Assembly: GCF_964204645.1 (NCBI RefSeq)
Contig: NC_134026.1
Location: 3,123,950 to 3,187,949 of the forward strand
Direction of reading: 5' to 3'
Length of the DNA: 64,000 nt
Source: Tubulanus polymorphus
Taxonomy: Eukaryota > Animalia > Nemertea
The notes beneath the pieces were generated by a model, which searched no databases, was not told the DNA's origin, and worked only from the letters and a program-made list of their open reading frames with translations. The stretch's first letter is position 1, and the number at the start of each line of letters is the position of its first letter. The position numbers and the translations under genes were made by a program. Shown here piece by piece: positions 38,677 through 54,900 of the stretch.

Positions 38677-39330
38677 TAAGTAGATGGGTTTCTTATATCG
38701 ATCGACATCTATGTGAAGACGGTTCTATATCTTCCAAAAAGTTACCATAGTGTAAATATATCTTTGAGTTTTAGTCAAGTAATTTCACGAACATGTTCGT
38801 TCTTTAAATCGTTGAAATATTTTACTTTCTTACGGTCGCAGTTCTGGTCAAACAACATTCTGCTCGTTCACTCGATTTTGTTGGGCCATTTTCTAAATTA
38901 TGCTGTTAAACAATGTTGTCAAGTTGCCTTGTGTGTTCTTATTCAATTCATTTTGTCCATTTCCATTGATAATTCACCACTACTCCACGCAGTGACCTTA
39001 AAAATTTGACTTTCAACCCCTCGACTAAATAATTTTTGTCAATCAATGTGAATGTCTGTCTTTGACCCACGGCACACAGCCATAGTCTCCTTGGATACAT
39101 TTTTTCAATCAATTCAAGTCCAAAAATCAGAGTTCCCCATCTAGCTAGGCTTGCACTTTTAACTGAGGTATTGATAGCTGAAGAATTTTAATCTTGGTTT
39201 TAAATACAATTGTTGTAGGATGGTTGACAGTTTTTTTTGTTGTATCTCACCATATATTCCATGAATGCACAATTTATAATAATCAAGTTGTTTTCTTATT
39301 TCAGAATCATATCTACTTTAATTTGTAATC

Positions 39331-40771
<1,441 letters not shown>

Positions 40772-42335
40772 TGAATACTTCTACAAGAGAATAGGCCATT
40801 AATGCTTCATAAATTGTTACCAGGCTGCAGGGTGGACTGAGATAGTTTCATTCACAGCAAGTCTCTATAATTCTACGAATTCTAGTGCATTTAATCATTT
40901 TCTACGAGTTGTGATGCGTTAAATCAACCGTTGCGAATTGTGAAGCGTTTTGATCTTCTACAGACTACAATTATGATATCCGTTCGTGACCAATTTTGTT
41001 GTCTGCCCTGTGTACTCATTGACAAACGACTATTTACGATCTTTTTTGAACAGCGACACTTGAAAAAGACGACCGATGTTCTGGATTGGGATTATTTATT
41101 TGCTTGAAAAAAAAAACTGAAAATAGTGCGCGAACGAGTGAGTGAAGTTAGTGACTTCAGGATTAAGAAATGCGAAAGAACAAAGATATTTCGTGTACTA
41201 GAGAAAGTTGTGGCACAGATTTTCAGCTTAAGACTTAATATTCATGTGATAAAGGCGTTATGTTTTATAGCAATATGATCCATAGTTAAGTTACTCGCAA
41301 GCTGTTATTTTTAATGCGATATGCACCCATTGGACATTTGATTGATAATTTGATTTCTGGCTAGTGATTCTTACATCGTTTCAAAATGTTTTAGTTCTCC
41401 GCTTCAACTAAGTGTAAGAATCTTTCAATGCAGAATATATTTTGTGTGTCATTGATATCATTGTGCAGTTTCTACTGTCCTGTCTAATAATGGATGTTAA
41501 GTACCGTAAGATAAATTCCAAGATGTTCCAATTTATTTATTGTCATGCGTATAAATTTGTTTTAAGTTCCGAGGCGGCCCGATGCCTTTGAAAATACTTT
41601 TCATTCAGTCTCATTTCATATTTGTTACTGATACTACATGAACTATGGATTCAATAATACAATGTAAAAATAAAGTAAACAATCGTCTCTGAAATTGTCT
41701 CTTGAATTCATCTATGTTTCATCTCGAGAATGTACCGTTGAGCCTTTCCTGAGGGGTCTGGCCATAATGATGAACTTTACTGAAGCGGAACATTAATTAT
41801 GGGATCTGGATCATCTACATTGATACTGGTTTATGTGTTGTGCCCACATTTTTGGAATGAGACAATCGGAAGTCATCGAGCATGACTGGACTTCTTTCAT
41901 GTGAAAATAAGTCATCAGACTGATTATACAGCGGCTACACGTTGCAATGTTATTGTTTACCTGTGACGTCATCGCTCATGACATTCGAGTCTTGGATCTA
42001 ATACCGACCGATGGAAACCCACTTGGCCTTGAAACTAGTATGCAAACAACACGGATATACACATATATTGTACCTCCTTTAGCTATATTCACCAGGCATT
42101 AGAAAAAAATGCAATCAATCTTGGTTATTAGAGAAAAACTTGAAATTAAAATCCCATTTGTAGAATAAATTGAGGTTGTTTTGATGATTCGAAGGACTTT
42201 GGAATTCCACATGTTCAGTCCAACAAATAGTGCTGTCCGATCAGGGATGTGTTGAATCATTGTTGCTCCCTCTCTCTGATCTATTCTGTTTTCTTGCACA
42301 TCTGCGGATTTGGGCGTGTGTGTCTTCGGCTGAAA

Positions 42336-45300
42336 ATGTTACCAACAATGACAGACCCGAATGACACCAGCTGGAAAACCCCTAGTTTTCGTCAAAAAGT
42401 CATGGCTCGAATGTACGTGTAGTAGTAAGCTGAATTGTTTTTAATTTGTCACCCCCCACCACGTCAGTCAGTCCACCACAATCATCTGATTTACGATACA
42501 TCATCATCATTCCTGACCAGTTACGACCCATACTTAACTATACTTAACCATGGATGGCCATCATTAAAAGGTTGAAGGGAGACCTAACCAGTCCGGTGTC
42601 TGACAAGTAGAGTAGGCTAAAAACTACTAACGTAACTGTCAGTGTCATGCCATAGTTTGAGGAGTTGGCCTAGGCTAAAAACTACTAACGTAACTGTCAG
42701 TGTCATGCCATAGTTTGAGGAGTAGGCCTAAGCCCGGGGCCTCAGGCTTTCGGGGCCTGTTGAGAACCTACACAAAAAAGCCAAGGGGTTGACATGATTT
42801 TAGCCAACTCATAACTTACACTGTTCTTTTATTGATGAATCTATATGATATGGTAGGCCCTAATCATTGGGTTGTGATGATTGTACAATCCTGCATCAAT
42901 TTTGAACTGGCTCATATCATAGTCGTAGGTAGTGACGGTGTAGAAACAATGATCTATTAATCCAGTGTCTATCATCTTTTTGAAATAATTTTATATACAT
43001 TAGAGACACTGGATTAACAGATTATCATTTTAACAGTACCTTTAAAAACTGATACAAGCCATGATAGAATCCATTTTTTTGAAATGTAAAAATAAAGGTC
43101 ACATAATTATAGAGGTCTCCCAATAAGTGGATTCGGTCAACTTCAATCATTCGTCTCTATAAATTCCATTTTTGTTTTCATCTAGAAAATCTTAAGTTTG
43201 AAATGTTTATCCGGAAGATTATTTAAGAAAGTTACAATATCGCTATAGTTCAAAGTACTGTGGCAGGATTTAGTAGCTTGAGATGCCATCAGGTTCACAA
43301 CTCCGCTAGCGAGGATGTGTATCTGACAATACAGATTAGATTTTGTCCGGATTCGGTACAACCTTATTCAATTCAGAGTATCTTTATAAATGCTGATTAT
43401 GGTATAATGTCTTATAGTGAGGATGCAGTTCGATTGGCTGGTAACCCGACCTCCAAAACTTGTACCGAAATGGAGAAGCATGTGTTTACTAAAGCGAAAA
43501 CTCGGGTAAGTCAGCATTTGAGGTAAACTGTTGGGGTTACTATCAAATTTTCTAAACAGATATTCATTTGGCCCATTATATATCTGACAAATAACTGATA
43601 TTTCTTTGATATCTATAAACAGGAGGAATATCTGGCATTGGTGGCAAGACTGATATTTCATGTTCAAGAAATCAGTAAGTAAAAAACTTTCCCATTTCAT
43701 CCAAATCATCTCAGTAAATTTATATCAAGTTTTCTGATGTTCATAGGCTTATTGCCTCTTTCAATATTTAAAAACAACTAAGAACCATATGTATAGTATC
43801 ATGATATTTCTAAGGCTTCTGCTTCAATAAACTTAGGAATTTTGACATTTCTTAGCATCATATTACTGGTGAATTTCACTATGCATTTTATAGCATTGAC
43901 GTGTGTTGGGCCTAAATAAATTTCTGATTATTGTGCTCCCCTTTTTATATAGGTCTGGTTTTGAAATTTTCTTTTTTTTAAATCTTGAAATAGGGATTGA
44001 CCCTGTTGTTTATTATTTGGTAGATTTTGTTTGATTTGTTTTGATTTGGTATCCCTTACAAACCCACTACACCTGTTGGGATGGAAACAAGGGATTTGCT
44101 TTTGAAATCAGGAATCGCAGAAGTACAGATATAGGTGTGTGATCGGCGGTGGAATTTACAGAATTTTAATGGAAGTATATGATTGGAAATTTAGGTTCCA
44201 GTTCATGTAAATAATCTTCCAACCAGCCTGAACTGATCGAGGTTAGTTGTGTTGGCTGCCTAATATAATACATCAAGATTTTGGAACTAATTATACAGCA
44301 AGGTTGAAGATCATTTTTGAGATTAGCCAAATAACCTAATTAGAATAAATTGCTATTGTAATGATGGAAACATATTTTGCTTACTAACCCTATACCTGGT
44401 AAACCACTCATTGAAGAAATAGTCTTTAAGTTCTTTCAAATCTCATGTTTCCTAAAATTTTTCCTGCGAAATGTCTCAATTACTGGATTATATGGAATTA
44501 GATCAGAATTTGTAGGTAAATATAGCATAGTTATTTCACTTTATGTATTATGTGACCTTAGACAATTAATAGATACCATTGGGTAGGATTCAACAATAGA
44601 ATATAGATAACAGGATACATATGAATCATAGGATAACTACTAGGTCTCAAAATTTCAACCACGCGTCATGTCATGTATGTCACAGCGTAGTTGAGATATC
44701 ATTGTGGAGATTTTTATTCTTTTTTATAGCTGTCAGAATAGATTTTCCCGTCATTACGTAGAGTGTTAATAGTTACTGCAGTTTCATTCACGAATACAGT
44801 CGACTGTAATCGATTAGATAGAATACCTGTTCTGAAAAGAATATCGAACGATGCGAAAAATTATATCGGAATGAGTAAACAAATTTCGCGAATATATAGG
44901 CAGCAGTGTTTCTAACTGCGATATGAACTTTACGACTGAGTAGAGATGCCAGATATTCAATTGATTCAGTAGGAAGCGATTATCACAATCAACTACAATT
45001 TGATAGAATTGATAATGCGGCGCTCTGTACTGTTCTATTACGAATTAGCTAGGGATATCTCCATGGAAACAAGGCTGGAAGTGCATTGATTCTGGGCGAT
45101 ACATGTAGGTTGTTGTCGGCTGTTCAGTGTTAGTAGTAGGTTTGCAGTATCACCAGCTGGCCCGGTTCTACATAATTGCAGTTTATATTATATCAATCTC
45201 ATCGATGTACCTAGATGAACATATGGTCACTACGAGACATTGGAAATAATGATTGTTTTACGTCGAGGTTTTGCGTTTGTAATTTCACCATCGCTGTAGA

Positions 45301-45886
45301 GATATTATATTCGTAATGTTCTATAATCCATGTAAGTACATTAAACTTATTTTTATCGTACCATTTCTAAAGTGAATTTGCATTGAGCGGATGAAGAGAT
45401 GGACGAGTGAATTCATGTGCTTTATCGAATCACAATTCAAATCTTCTTTATGGAGTTTCATTCTGTATGAATAGCTCTCGAACGATATTGCAGTATTATC
45501 AGCATGATTTCTAAAAACCCGTTCGTATTTATAATATATCCAGGTTGTACTCGTTGTGATATTTATATTCAAATTTAATTTTCGTCGCCAAATGATTTGT
45601 AGTTAATCTTCAAATTTGAACTTACACATTATTAAACGCTGGTTGGTAACACTAACAGCATATTTTCATAGTGTTACAGCGTATCATCTAGCCCTAACCC
45701 GAAGAAGTTTATATAACTATAATATTTTCTAAAACTTCTAGTGATCTACAGCTGCGCTAGAAAAAGCTGACTATAATAGTGGGAATAATTCGAGTGGGCA
45801 TATGTCGTGGCATATGTTTGTTCATACCATTTAGTAACCAACTTTATGTATGTTCCCATCTTATGTATATATGTATATATATATAA

Positions 45887-45952
<66 letters not shown>

Positions 45953-48900
45953 TATAGGAATGTTGAATATTTATATGAAAATTTCTAGTTCAAGAAAATA
46001 ATGCGTATTATCGCGAAAACCAATAGTGTTATATACAATATGTTATCGCACGTCGCGATATATGTGTATCTGATATAGCGAGGCGTGAAATTTCTAAATA
46101 AATTAGTTCCAATGAAAATGCTTCCCATCATCGATGCTGAAAGCTTCAGTTTCACTTGTTACCATGACAACACGTGTGAATGCTGCATTCGTTTGAAAGA
46201 TACTTGAGGCGGTCGTTTTAATTTCTTGTCATCAATGCCGGGGCACTTCGCGTCTTTGTCATCGGTGTGCGTGTATGCGCGTGTGTCGTCAAGGTGATCA
46301 TTATCTTGCTCATCCCGAACTGATGTAAGCATTCAGTGCTGCTGCTACTGCTGCTGCTGCTACTGTACCACCTTGGTTATCTGCTGTGGTTTGACCACAT
46401 TTGTTTCTAAACTGTCAAAATTCGTCATTTCAACATTCGAAATTCACATCAGAAATTCTTGGTCGCGCAGTAGTTCAGCCAATCTGTTTCAACGTTCAAG
46501 ATTCATATCGGAAAATTTCGACCGAATTACGACGTAATTTCTATCAATTTAATGACATATAAGGTAAAAAAAATAGTTTTTTGTTTTATTTTTGTTACTG
46601 TAATGAACAGGTATAGGTATCGTATTGTCTGCAGTGTAATTTTCTGCTTTGCAAATCATCTATTTCACACATCTGTGGCATAATCATAATTTATAACCAT
46701 ATGGCTTTTAATGATATAGTGAATATCATTTGACTTGTTGGGTTCTATACTCCTGCTACTAGTCTATCATGTACAGAAGACAGATCTCGAGTATTTTAAC
46801 GATTCTATATTTTACATTGTGGGATATTTTTCACCTGTGATTTTACTACACTAACTGGATTAACTATTGGAAATACATATTATCTGATCAATCGACCCAT
46901 TGGTGCGCGTATGACATATACGATACTGTTGTTCGGTTGCATTATCAGGTTGAATAAGTATGATTACATGTGTGTTTTCCATACGTTCTAAATGTTTTAT
47001 GTTTTTCATTTAAGATTCGAAGAAGGAAAAAGCCGGTGGGCAAATGATGCCCGGGCAAGCGATGCCACAACAACCGATGCAGGACCCGATCAATGCTTTA
47101 CAGAATCTGGCAAAACAGCCCCCTGCATTGGGATCCATGCCAAATGTTCCCGGTAAGTTATGGCAGAGGTAGCCTATTAATCATTAAGATTAGTGCACAG
47201 TTCAGTAAAAGTTGATGTTGGTAGTCTGTACGGTTATACTGTCACCAGAATCTACTGTTTAAATAAAGATGAAATCGACGTGGTGCTGTATATTGTAGTC
47301 CAGTGATGGATACTTGTATATTTCAGGTGGTATGCCTCCACAGCAAATGCGTCCGCAGCAAATGCATCCAGCCATGCAACAGCAAATGATGCAACAAAGA
47401 CCACAACAGCCTGTAAGTCCTTATAATCTTAATTAACATTGAATTTAGCTCTCTCATAAAACTGTTGTGTATGCCTTTCGTCTTAAACTCGATGAAATAA
47501 TCTTTCAGATTTTTTTAGTGATAGGAAGTAGAAGGCCGTCATAATAGCTTATTGCGTGCGTGGCTAATCCATATTTTCTGTCAAAGCTTGCATCACTTGG
47601 ATAAAACTGATTTGGTTATTTTTATTTGAAGCAATAATTCTTCGCCTTAAGATATCGAAGATCCGAATAAGGCACATATTTATTATTCATAACAGGGTCC
47701 CTACGACTCCATGATTCCTTAAGAACTCTTTTAAACGGAAAATGATTTTTAGATGCTTAAAAATCCTTTAAATTGAGCTTAATGTCAGAAAATGTCAGAA
47801 ATATGCAATTAGAAATTTTGGTCTAGTTTGTAGTTGTACGGTAGATTATGCCTAAAAAGATTCTTTTTGCCAAATTTGGCAGTTTCCAAATTAGCATAAA
47901 CAGTACTGATTTAGGAGGAGTCTACACTAATTGGGATATGGAAGTGATGCAGACGCTTCCTCAAATATATAGAAAATCCCACACTAATATAACAAGAAAG
48001 ATGAAGCCCAAAAAGTAAAGGAAACTTTTCAGACTTTATCTCTCTTGTTATGTTAGCTCGGGATTCTCTAAATATCATCACAACACGCACATAGTGTTTC
48101 ACCAATGGCTTCCTCAAAATTTAAAACTGTTATCCAGGAATGACTGATCTGTAGGAACCCTGATCCGTTGTGTGATTCTTTATGTTTTCAGCGAAATTGA
48201 TAGCAAGTGATAGCATGACAAAAGCAGTGGAATCAAAGTACCGGTATACTCCGGTAGACTAGTTGAATTGATTGTAATATTTTCTGTTATTATAGGGAGT
48301 GCATCCAGATGGCTATTATTTACATCCACAAGTTAACCGACCACAGAATCTACCCCTTAACATGCAGGTAGAAACATACGCCCGTATATAGCTAACTGAA
48401 TCCTAGATATTGCAGAATTTCATTTCACAATAATTTGTAGTATCATTAGACACGTACACCCAGATTCCCCTTGCATGCGTAGTTGAGTTGATATCAAATT
48501 TAGTTCAATTTTCCTCTCAATTTGCAATATTTTTTCTAAACAAGTGTGTACAGATTTTTTAAAGCTTTTGTTTTGCTCAGCAGAATATGACCTAGATGTT
48601 TTAGAAATATGTCACCTGAACCCTCCCCTTATGAAATATCTGTAAAAACACATTTAATCTGCAATTGATATTTGGATTCAGCAAGTTATTAAGTATCAGT
48701 TTTTGGTGATGGCATGTGATGTCTTCTTGTCCAGGCTTCGAGTTATCATAACTATATGATTATTTATTTTTCTCTTGATTGTTCATTCATGTTATTCTTT
48801 TCTTTATTTACATACTGTATTTCCCTTTTATTATATTTTCTGTGTCTGTCTTGTTTTAGCACACATCTCTTTCTGCTGCTGTTATTTATCTATCTGTACC

Positions 48901-51900
48901 TGTTAAATTCACTGATATGCATGACCTTAGTGTGTTTCAAATTGTTTTCAGCATGTGAAATCCCCTGTCGAAAGTGTCTAATACCTAAGTTTTTACTGGA
49001 TCGTAATCTTGTCAACTTCTGTGTTCACTTTTAAGCTGATGATCTGTTTGATAGATGCTTATTTGTAGCGTTTGAGAATGCTTTACATCTTGATTCAAAT
49101 TTTTATATTTTAATCAATTATCAGTGCATCCTCCATAAGTACATGGCACTGATATATGGCAGGATAGAGTGGAACTTTGATACAAACTACCAAAGATAGT
49201 CTTAAATCTGGAGGCTGGTGTTGACAATTTTTTGGATTGGCTAAAGAACAAAAAGACTTTAAACTTAGACTTGACTATGCTATCGGCTTATGGGTTAACT
49301 CAATTGACAATGAATTGAGTTTAAGTTCATACCAGTGTATGAAACTGGCCCTAGGGAATCTCGAAAGATCCCATCTTGAAAAATTCTACCTTGTTCTTTA
49401 CATATTATCCAGTATGCAATTAACCAAATTTTGGTCAATTTTCAATGTTCCACTGTATTGCCCTCTTAAATCCTATGTGGAATGAGTCCGGTACATACAT
49501 ATTTTACATTGTCTTTGTACTAACATAAAGCATATCGATATGTTGCTCCCTACCTAAAAAGATGTTCTCTCATTTCTGTTTCAATCGAACCTTAATTAAA
49601 CTATCCCCATTTTGTTTAATTTATTCTGTGTAGAACATCTTCTACATCTAGAACTCTTCTGTCACTACTTTGTTGTTTAACTTCAGTACGACTCAACATT
49701 TTTGTACAATTGTCAGGGCTATGCTCCTTATTTAAGTATGGACCCCTATGCTAATGTAAGTAACTTTCATACAGCGGGTTCAGTCGACCCTTTAAATGGT
49801 GTATGTCAACACATCAACGGTGTATGGAGAACCCAGCATTATCGATTCAAACAGAGCACTTTTTATCGAATAATCACCTGATAAGATGGTCAATCGGTAA
49901 AACAGTTTGTGGATGATGAAATTATCGCTTTAATTGCTTTGTTCATTAACGGTAGTGGATGGATGAAAAGGTTTACCTGTATGTTCTACGCTTGTAGACA
50001 TCTCGAGCATTGATAATTATATCCCTTTGATTACAGAATGAATATCGTTAGGTATCAAAAACTAGTTTTTTCCTCATTTTCACAGTTTATTTGACAGGTT
50101 TATTGATCGATATTGATTCTGTTACCAATGAGTCCATGTCTTCTTCTATGATAATTTCTTACCCTAGTTTAATATAATTGTATTTCAGATTCTCCTGCGA
50201 TTTAAGTTGATAAAGTAATAGCACAAATTAATTCATTTTCATTCGATGTACTCAAGAGTGACGGAAGTTGTTTAGAATGTCATGTTATTTTACGTTTCAT
50301 ATTATACTACATTTGATCAATTTGTTGTAGAATGTGCATCAGGAACAATATTTTTTCTATCATCAACATCCACCGCATGCGAGGCCATCACTACATTCAC
50401 CCATTCAGGTACCATAACTGTTAATTGTTTATATACATACGTTGGTGTCCGGGCAAAGCCAGTTTTAGTTTTTAGTAAGTTTCGAGTTTTATTTCTTTAT
50501 CTATTTTTTCGAAGTTAATCTGTTATCATCCCCTATATTATTCTCAAAGTTCCCCGGGCGCAACCCTTTTGTTCCCATTTAACAATATTTTCAATGCTTC
50601 GACTCCTCATTGATTTTTTAGAAATTTCTTATTGATTTTATTTTGGTACTAATATCATGGAATGGAAACAATAAAAGAGGGTGCCTTTCTCCGATTAGGC
50701 GGATGAAGTTTTATATGAAAATTGCGGACGATATGCACAGCGTCAAATATGTTTCTATCAAACTGCATGTATATGCTGCGGAGGCTTATCTGAAATTAAT
50801 TGATTTCTACCACATTTCTTCTGCAGAATGTCTACGCTGCTTTCCAATTGTTACTCGACTATTTATACCTACTGTACAAAAATAGTACATTTTCCATATA
50901 TCTTTCAGTAAGATATTTGCTCATACACATTGCATATCACACCTGTGCAAATTAGAATTTGTTCACATTAATATGGACTGATTGCCGCCACTCTGCATGA
51001 TGATTTTTATTTACAATGAAATTTAAAAATGTTTTATTTCCTCTATTACATGTATTACATATCTGCTGTTATCCTATTAGTCAGTACACACCGATCTCAG
51101 CTGATGTATAAGTATCACATACATATATCTGACATTTTTTTCTTTTATTTAGAGTCAAGACCATTATATGCTTGCCCGTCCACACTCCCGCCATTTATCC
51201 CCTGTTCATACTCCAGTTCAGGTATTGTAAAATCATGCGTATTTCAGCTATTTGAAGCCTCTTTGGTGAAGGATGTATTGAAGGGATGGTATTCTGGATA
51301 TATTGATATATGTTTGTCTCCTCGCTCTGACTAGAAGTCAGAAGAGGTCGAGAAACTTTCCGAATCGTCAACCATTATCGCTTGAAGGGCTTTATGATTT
51401 TGTATCTGGCAATTCTTCACTCTAGATTTCGGATACATTCGAAGATCTATACGTTATCATTACTGCATGTTACTTTCTGGAGGTTAATTGAATATGATTT
51501 TTAAGTGTTGAAAGCGCATGTGGAGGATGTATGATCGCTTTATGTGTTCGCAGTATTATACATGTTTCAGGGTCTTGCTTTATCATTTGGGAAATGAACA
51601 GTTTAAGTGTATTCTAGTATTGCTGTGCTGAGGACATTGATTGGTTTTGGTCTTTTTTTCTATGAAATGATCGTCTATATCTCTTTATCTGCAACAAATC
51701 ATTAATTACATTCTTACATTGAATGATGGTGCTTTCTATTTCAGTATGTTAACATGCTTCCTGTGTAATGAGTTGATCCAATGAACAGGTTTTTATTTCA
51801 GGTTTCACTTAAATTCATTACCGTAAATTTGACGGAATATTTTGTTGTCAAGATGATAAACATGTTGCACACTTATTGCTTATTTACTGAGATATATTAT

Positions 51901-54900
51901 TGGCTAGTGTTTACCATTTGAAAAAAATATTTGCAGGGTCAGCAGGATGGTATGTTTATGCCTCGTCAGCAGATGCCTGGTCAAATGATGCCTGGTGGAC
52001 CTATGCCTGGTGGACAGATGCCTGGTGGTCCAATGTCAGCTGGACCAATGCATGGACAGGTATTTTGACCTTATGTTACATGTAACTGCATGTTTTTAAC
52101 CGTAAATTATTCCAACATAGATATTAATCTATGGCATATGCGTTCCCTTTAGAATATAATTCCTCTATTTAGGTTTTTGAATTTATTCGCTGTTGTGAAT
52201 GCTTTTCAAACTGTATTCTATGTTGTCTCTAAATTGTAATTTTTGTACTAATTCCTGCTTGCTGCTTGAAAAATAAAAACCATCTAGAATGAATTAATCA
52301 ATTTGTCGTTCTGAAAACATGAAGCTTTAACAGATTTATTTGTTAGTTTTTTATGTGTTTATTTCATATTAACTGTAGATGAATAGATAGATACCGAGGT
52401 AGTTTAGTCAATATTTTCATTCTTTTTGTTCATGCATGTATTTATTTATCAGAACCCCCAGCAAGAAGTGATTCTAGTTCAACAACAACAACAAACTCAA
52501 GGGCCACCTCCTCAATACCCTTCCCGGCCTTCAAGTCAACCACAGATGCAGCCACAGCCCAGACCAGGTACTCCTGGTCAATCGCAGTCCATGCCCGCTG
52601 CTCCTGGAAATATCCAGGTATATCATAAAGACAGTTTTCATTGCACTCTAATTTTTTCAACAAGGGACTTTTTCTGAAATGAAATCAAGTTCTTGAATGC
52701 ATTTTGATTTGTTGTAGTTGGTGGTAGCAATAATTTCAATAATCTAGTTTGTACCTCATATAAACACAGCATGAAACTTCGAATATCAACATTTATCTCA
52801 TTTTATCATGAATAAGAAATGAATTTACTCGCTATGTTACATAATTGGATAAGTTGAGATAAGTGTCAATCGCTCAATAATATCATCTGCTTTTCTGTAG
52901 GGACCAAGACCTGATGCATTTATGATGCAGCAGAATCAGGTAACATAAGTTAATGCGTCGTATATTAATAGAAAAAGACCTTCCTTTAATCTGACATTAC
53001 AATGACTCATTATATGTTTTCATATTGTTGTATTGATATAGTATATGGGTGGTCCACCAGGTATGCAGAGACAGTTCCCCGGCCAGATGCAACAACAGGT
53101 ACATAAAACCTATTATGAGATTTCAACCATTTGTCATACTGAGGCAACTATATCAGTATTGATTAAAATTTTATTATGTTCACATAAATTCTCTACTATT
53201 CAATCATGTTGAGAGCATCTATTGTGCTTTATGTCGATGATGTAATAGACTTTATTAAATTTTCACAGCGTTATTTTATTTCAGCCTTCCAGTCAGCCGA
53301 ACTCCGTAGGGCCTATGTCGCAGCAGCCTTCTCCTGCTCCTCCTGGGTAAGATTTTCACTCAGTACGCTGTCATTGTATTGTTCTTTTTCACATGATGAT
53401 TCCTCTTGAAAAAGATTTGCACTCAGCAAGGCTTCTTTATCTTACAATTTCAATTGAAATGTTTGCGAATCATCTATTGAGTATGTAAATTGTCTTTCAA
53501 ATTTTTGGCCTTATGGCATCAACTAGATATATTAACCAGGATATTTTATTCTCCTCCCTTTAGTTATTAGTCTAATGTCTGTTGATAATGCAATTATTGA
53601 GTTCTTGTGATTGACCCAGATGCAATGTCCGTAATGAATTCAGATCCGGCTATTCTTTGCATTCCAAATAATATCGATTTAATCATTTGGTATTTTTTTT
53701 TTTTTAGTTCATATCCGATGCATTCACCTGCTGCTATGATCCGTACCCCCTCACCTGGTAGTCAGATTGCACGATCCCCTGCACCACGTCAGACAATGGG
53801 GGCACCTTCTCCTGGAAGTATTCAGTTAAACACACCAGGTAAAATACAGATTTTGATTTAAATTGTGGAACTATTTACCAAGATGTGATGTTTTGATTAC
53901 TACAAGAAAATTCCTTTAATTTTATAGGAAATCCTGGGTCAGTTGGAAGTAACATTGATGATCAGGCGTACCTAGAAAAGCTGAAACAACTATCCAAGTA
54001 TATTGAACCGTTGAGAAAAATGATCAGCAAAATTGACAAGGATGATGGTGAGAAATAGGAATTCTTGAGATTTGAGTTCAAATATTTGAACATTCATTGA
54101 TGTTCGTTTAAATCCTATATTCAGATAACTGTAGAAAGAAAGATCTGAGTAAATTGACGAATTTGCTGGATATTCTATCTGATTCGAGTAAACGTCTACC
54201 GATGTCTACATTGCTGAAATGTGAGCAAGTTCTTGAAAAACTCGACTTCACTCGATCTGTAAGTACGGTAGATTATATTGCTGAAGTTGAGCCTTGAACA
54301 TTTTATGCAAATTTATGTTTGTATCTCAGAATGCTTCTACCGTTGATAATTGAAGATATGTAAATGAATTTGTTGTAACATTTTGAGGTGTTAACTAAAC
54401 CTTAACATTATTCTTGTTTCTCTCTGATGATGAGGTTTAGTTAAATCCTCGAAACAAATTGATTTATATGTCATCAATTGTAGATTCGCTCATCAACTTC
54501 GAAAACTTGAGAACACAATTAGCCTAACTGTTAAATTTCTACTGTTGTTTGGCTCAACAATTCTTTGAATCTAAATGCCTATATTTACAGACTGGGCCAA
54601 GTTTAGCTGTGAAATCTGAACAGCACATGTGTCAACCACTTTTAGACGCAATATCTGCCCATATGCGATCTCCAATTCTGAATCACACGTTGCAACGAAC
54701 ATTTGGACCAGCTGTCCAGATGCTCCATGGGCCTCCGATAAGGTATAGTTTTCGATTGTAGATCTCAGATTCCATACAACTCCTTAATTCCTTAAAAACC
54801 CCTTTCCAAACAGAAAATGCTCCAGAATAATTTCAAGGTGCTGATACTCCTTTAATTTGAACGAACTGCCCAAAACTCCTTCAATTTTGAGAAAAAAACA

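Noticed and set aside
42613-42728. Direct repeats as a CRISPR-like array
   Set aside because: Two contiguous copies with no spacers, in a eukaryotic intron.
46371-46390. Resemblance to miR-9 (cttggttatctgctgt)
   Set aside because: Seed mismatch, an indel, and no matching precursor arm.
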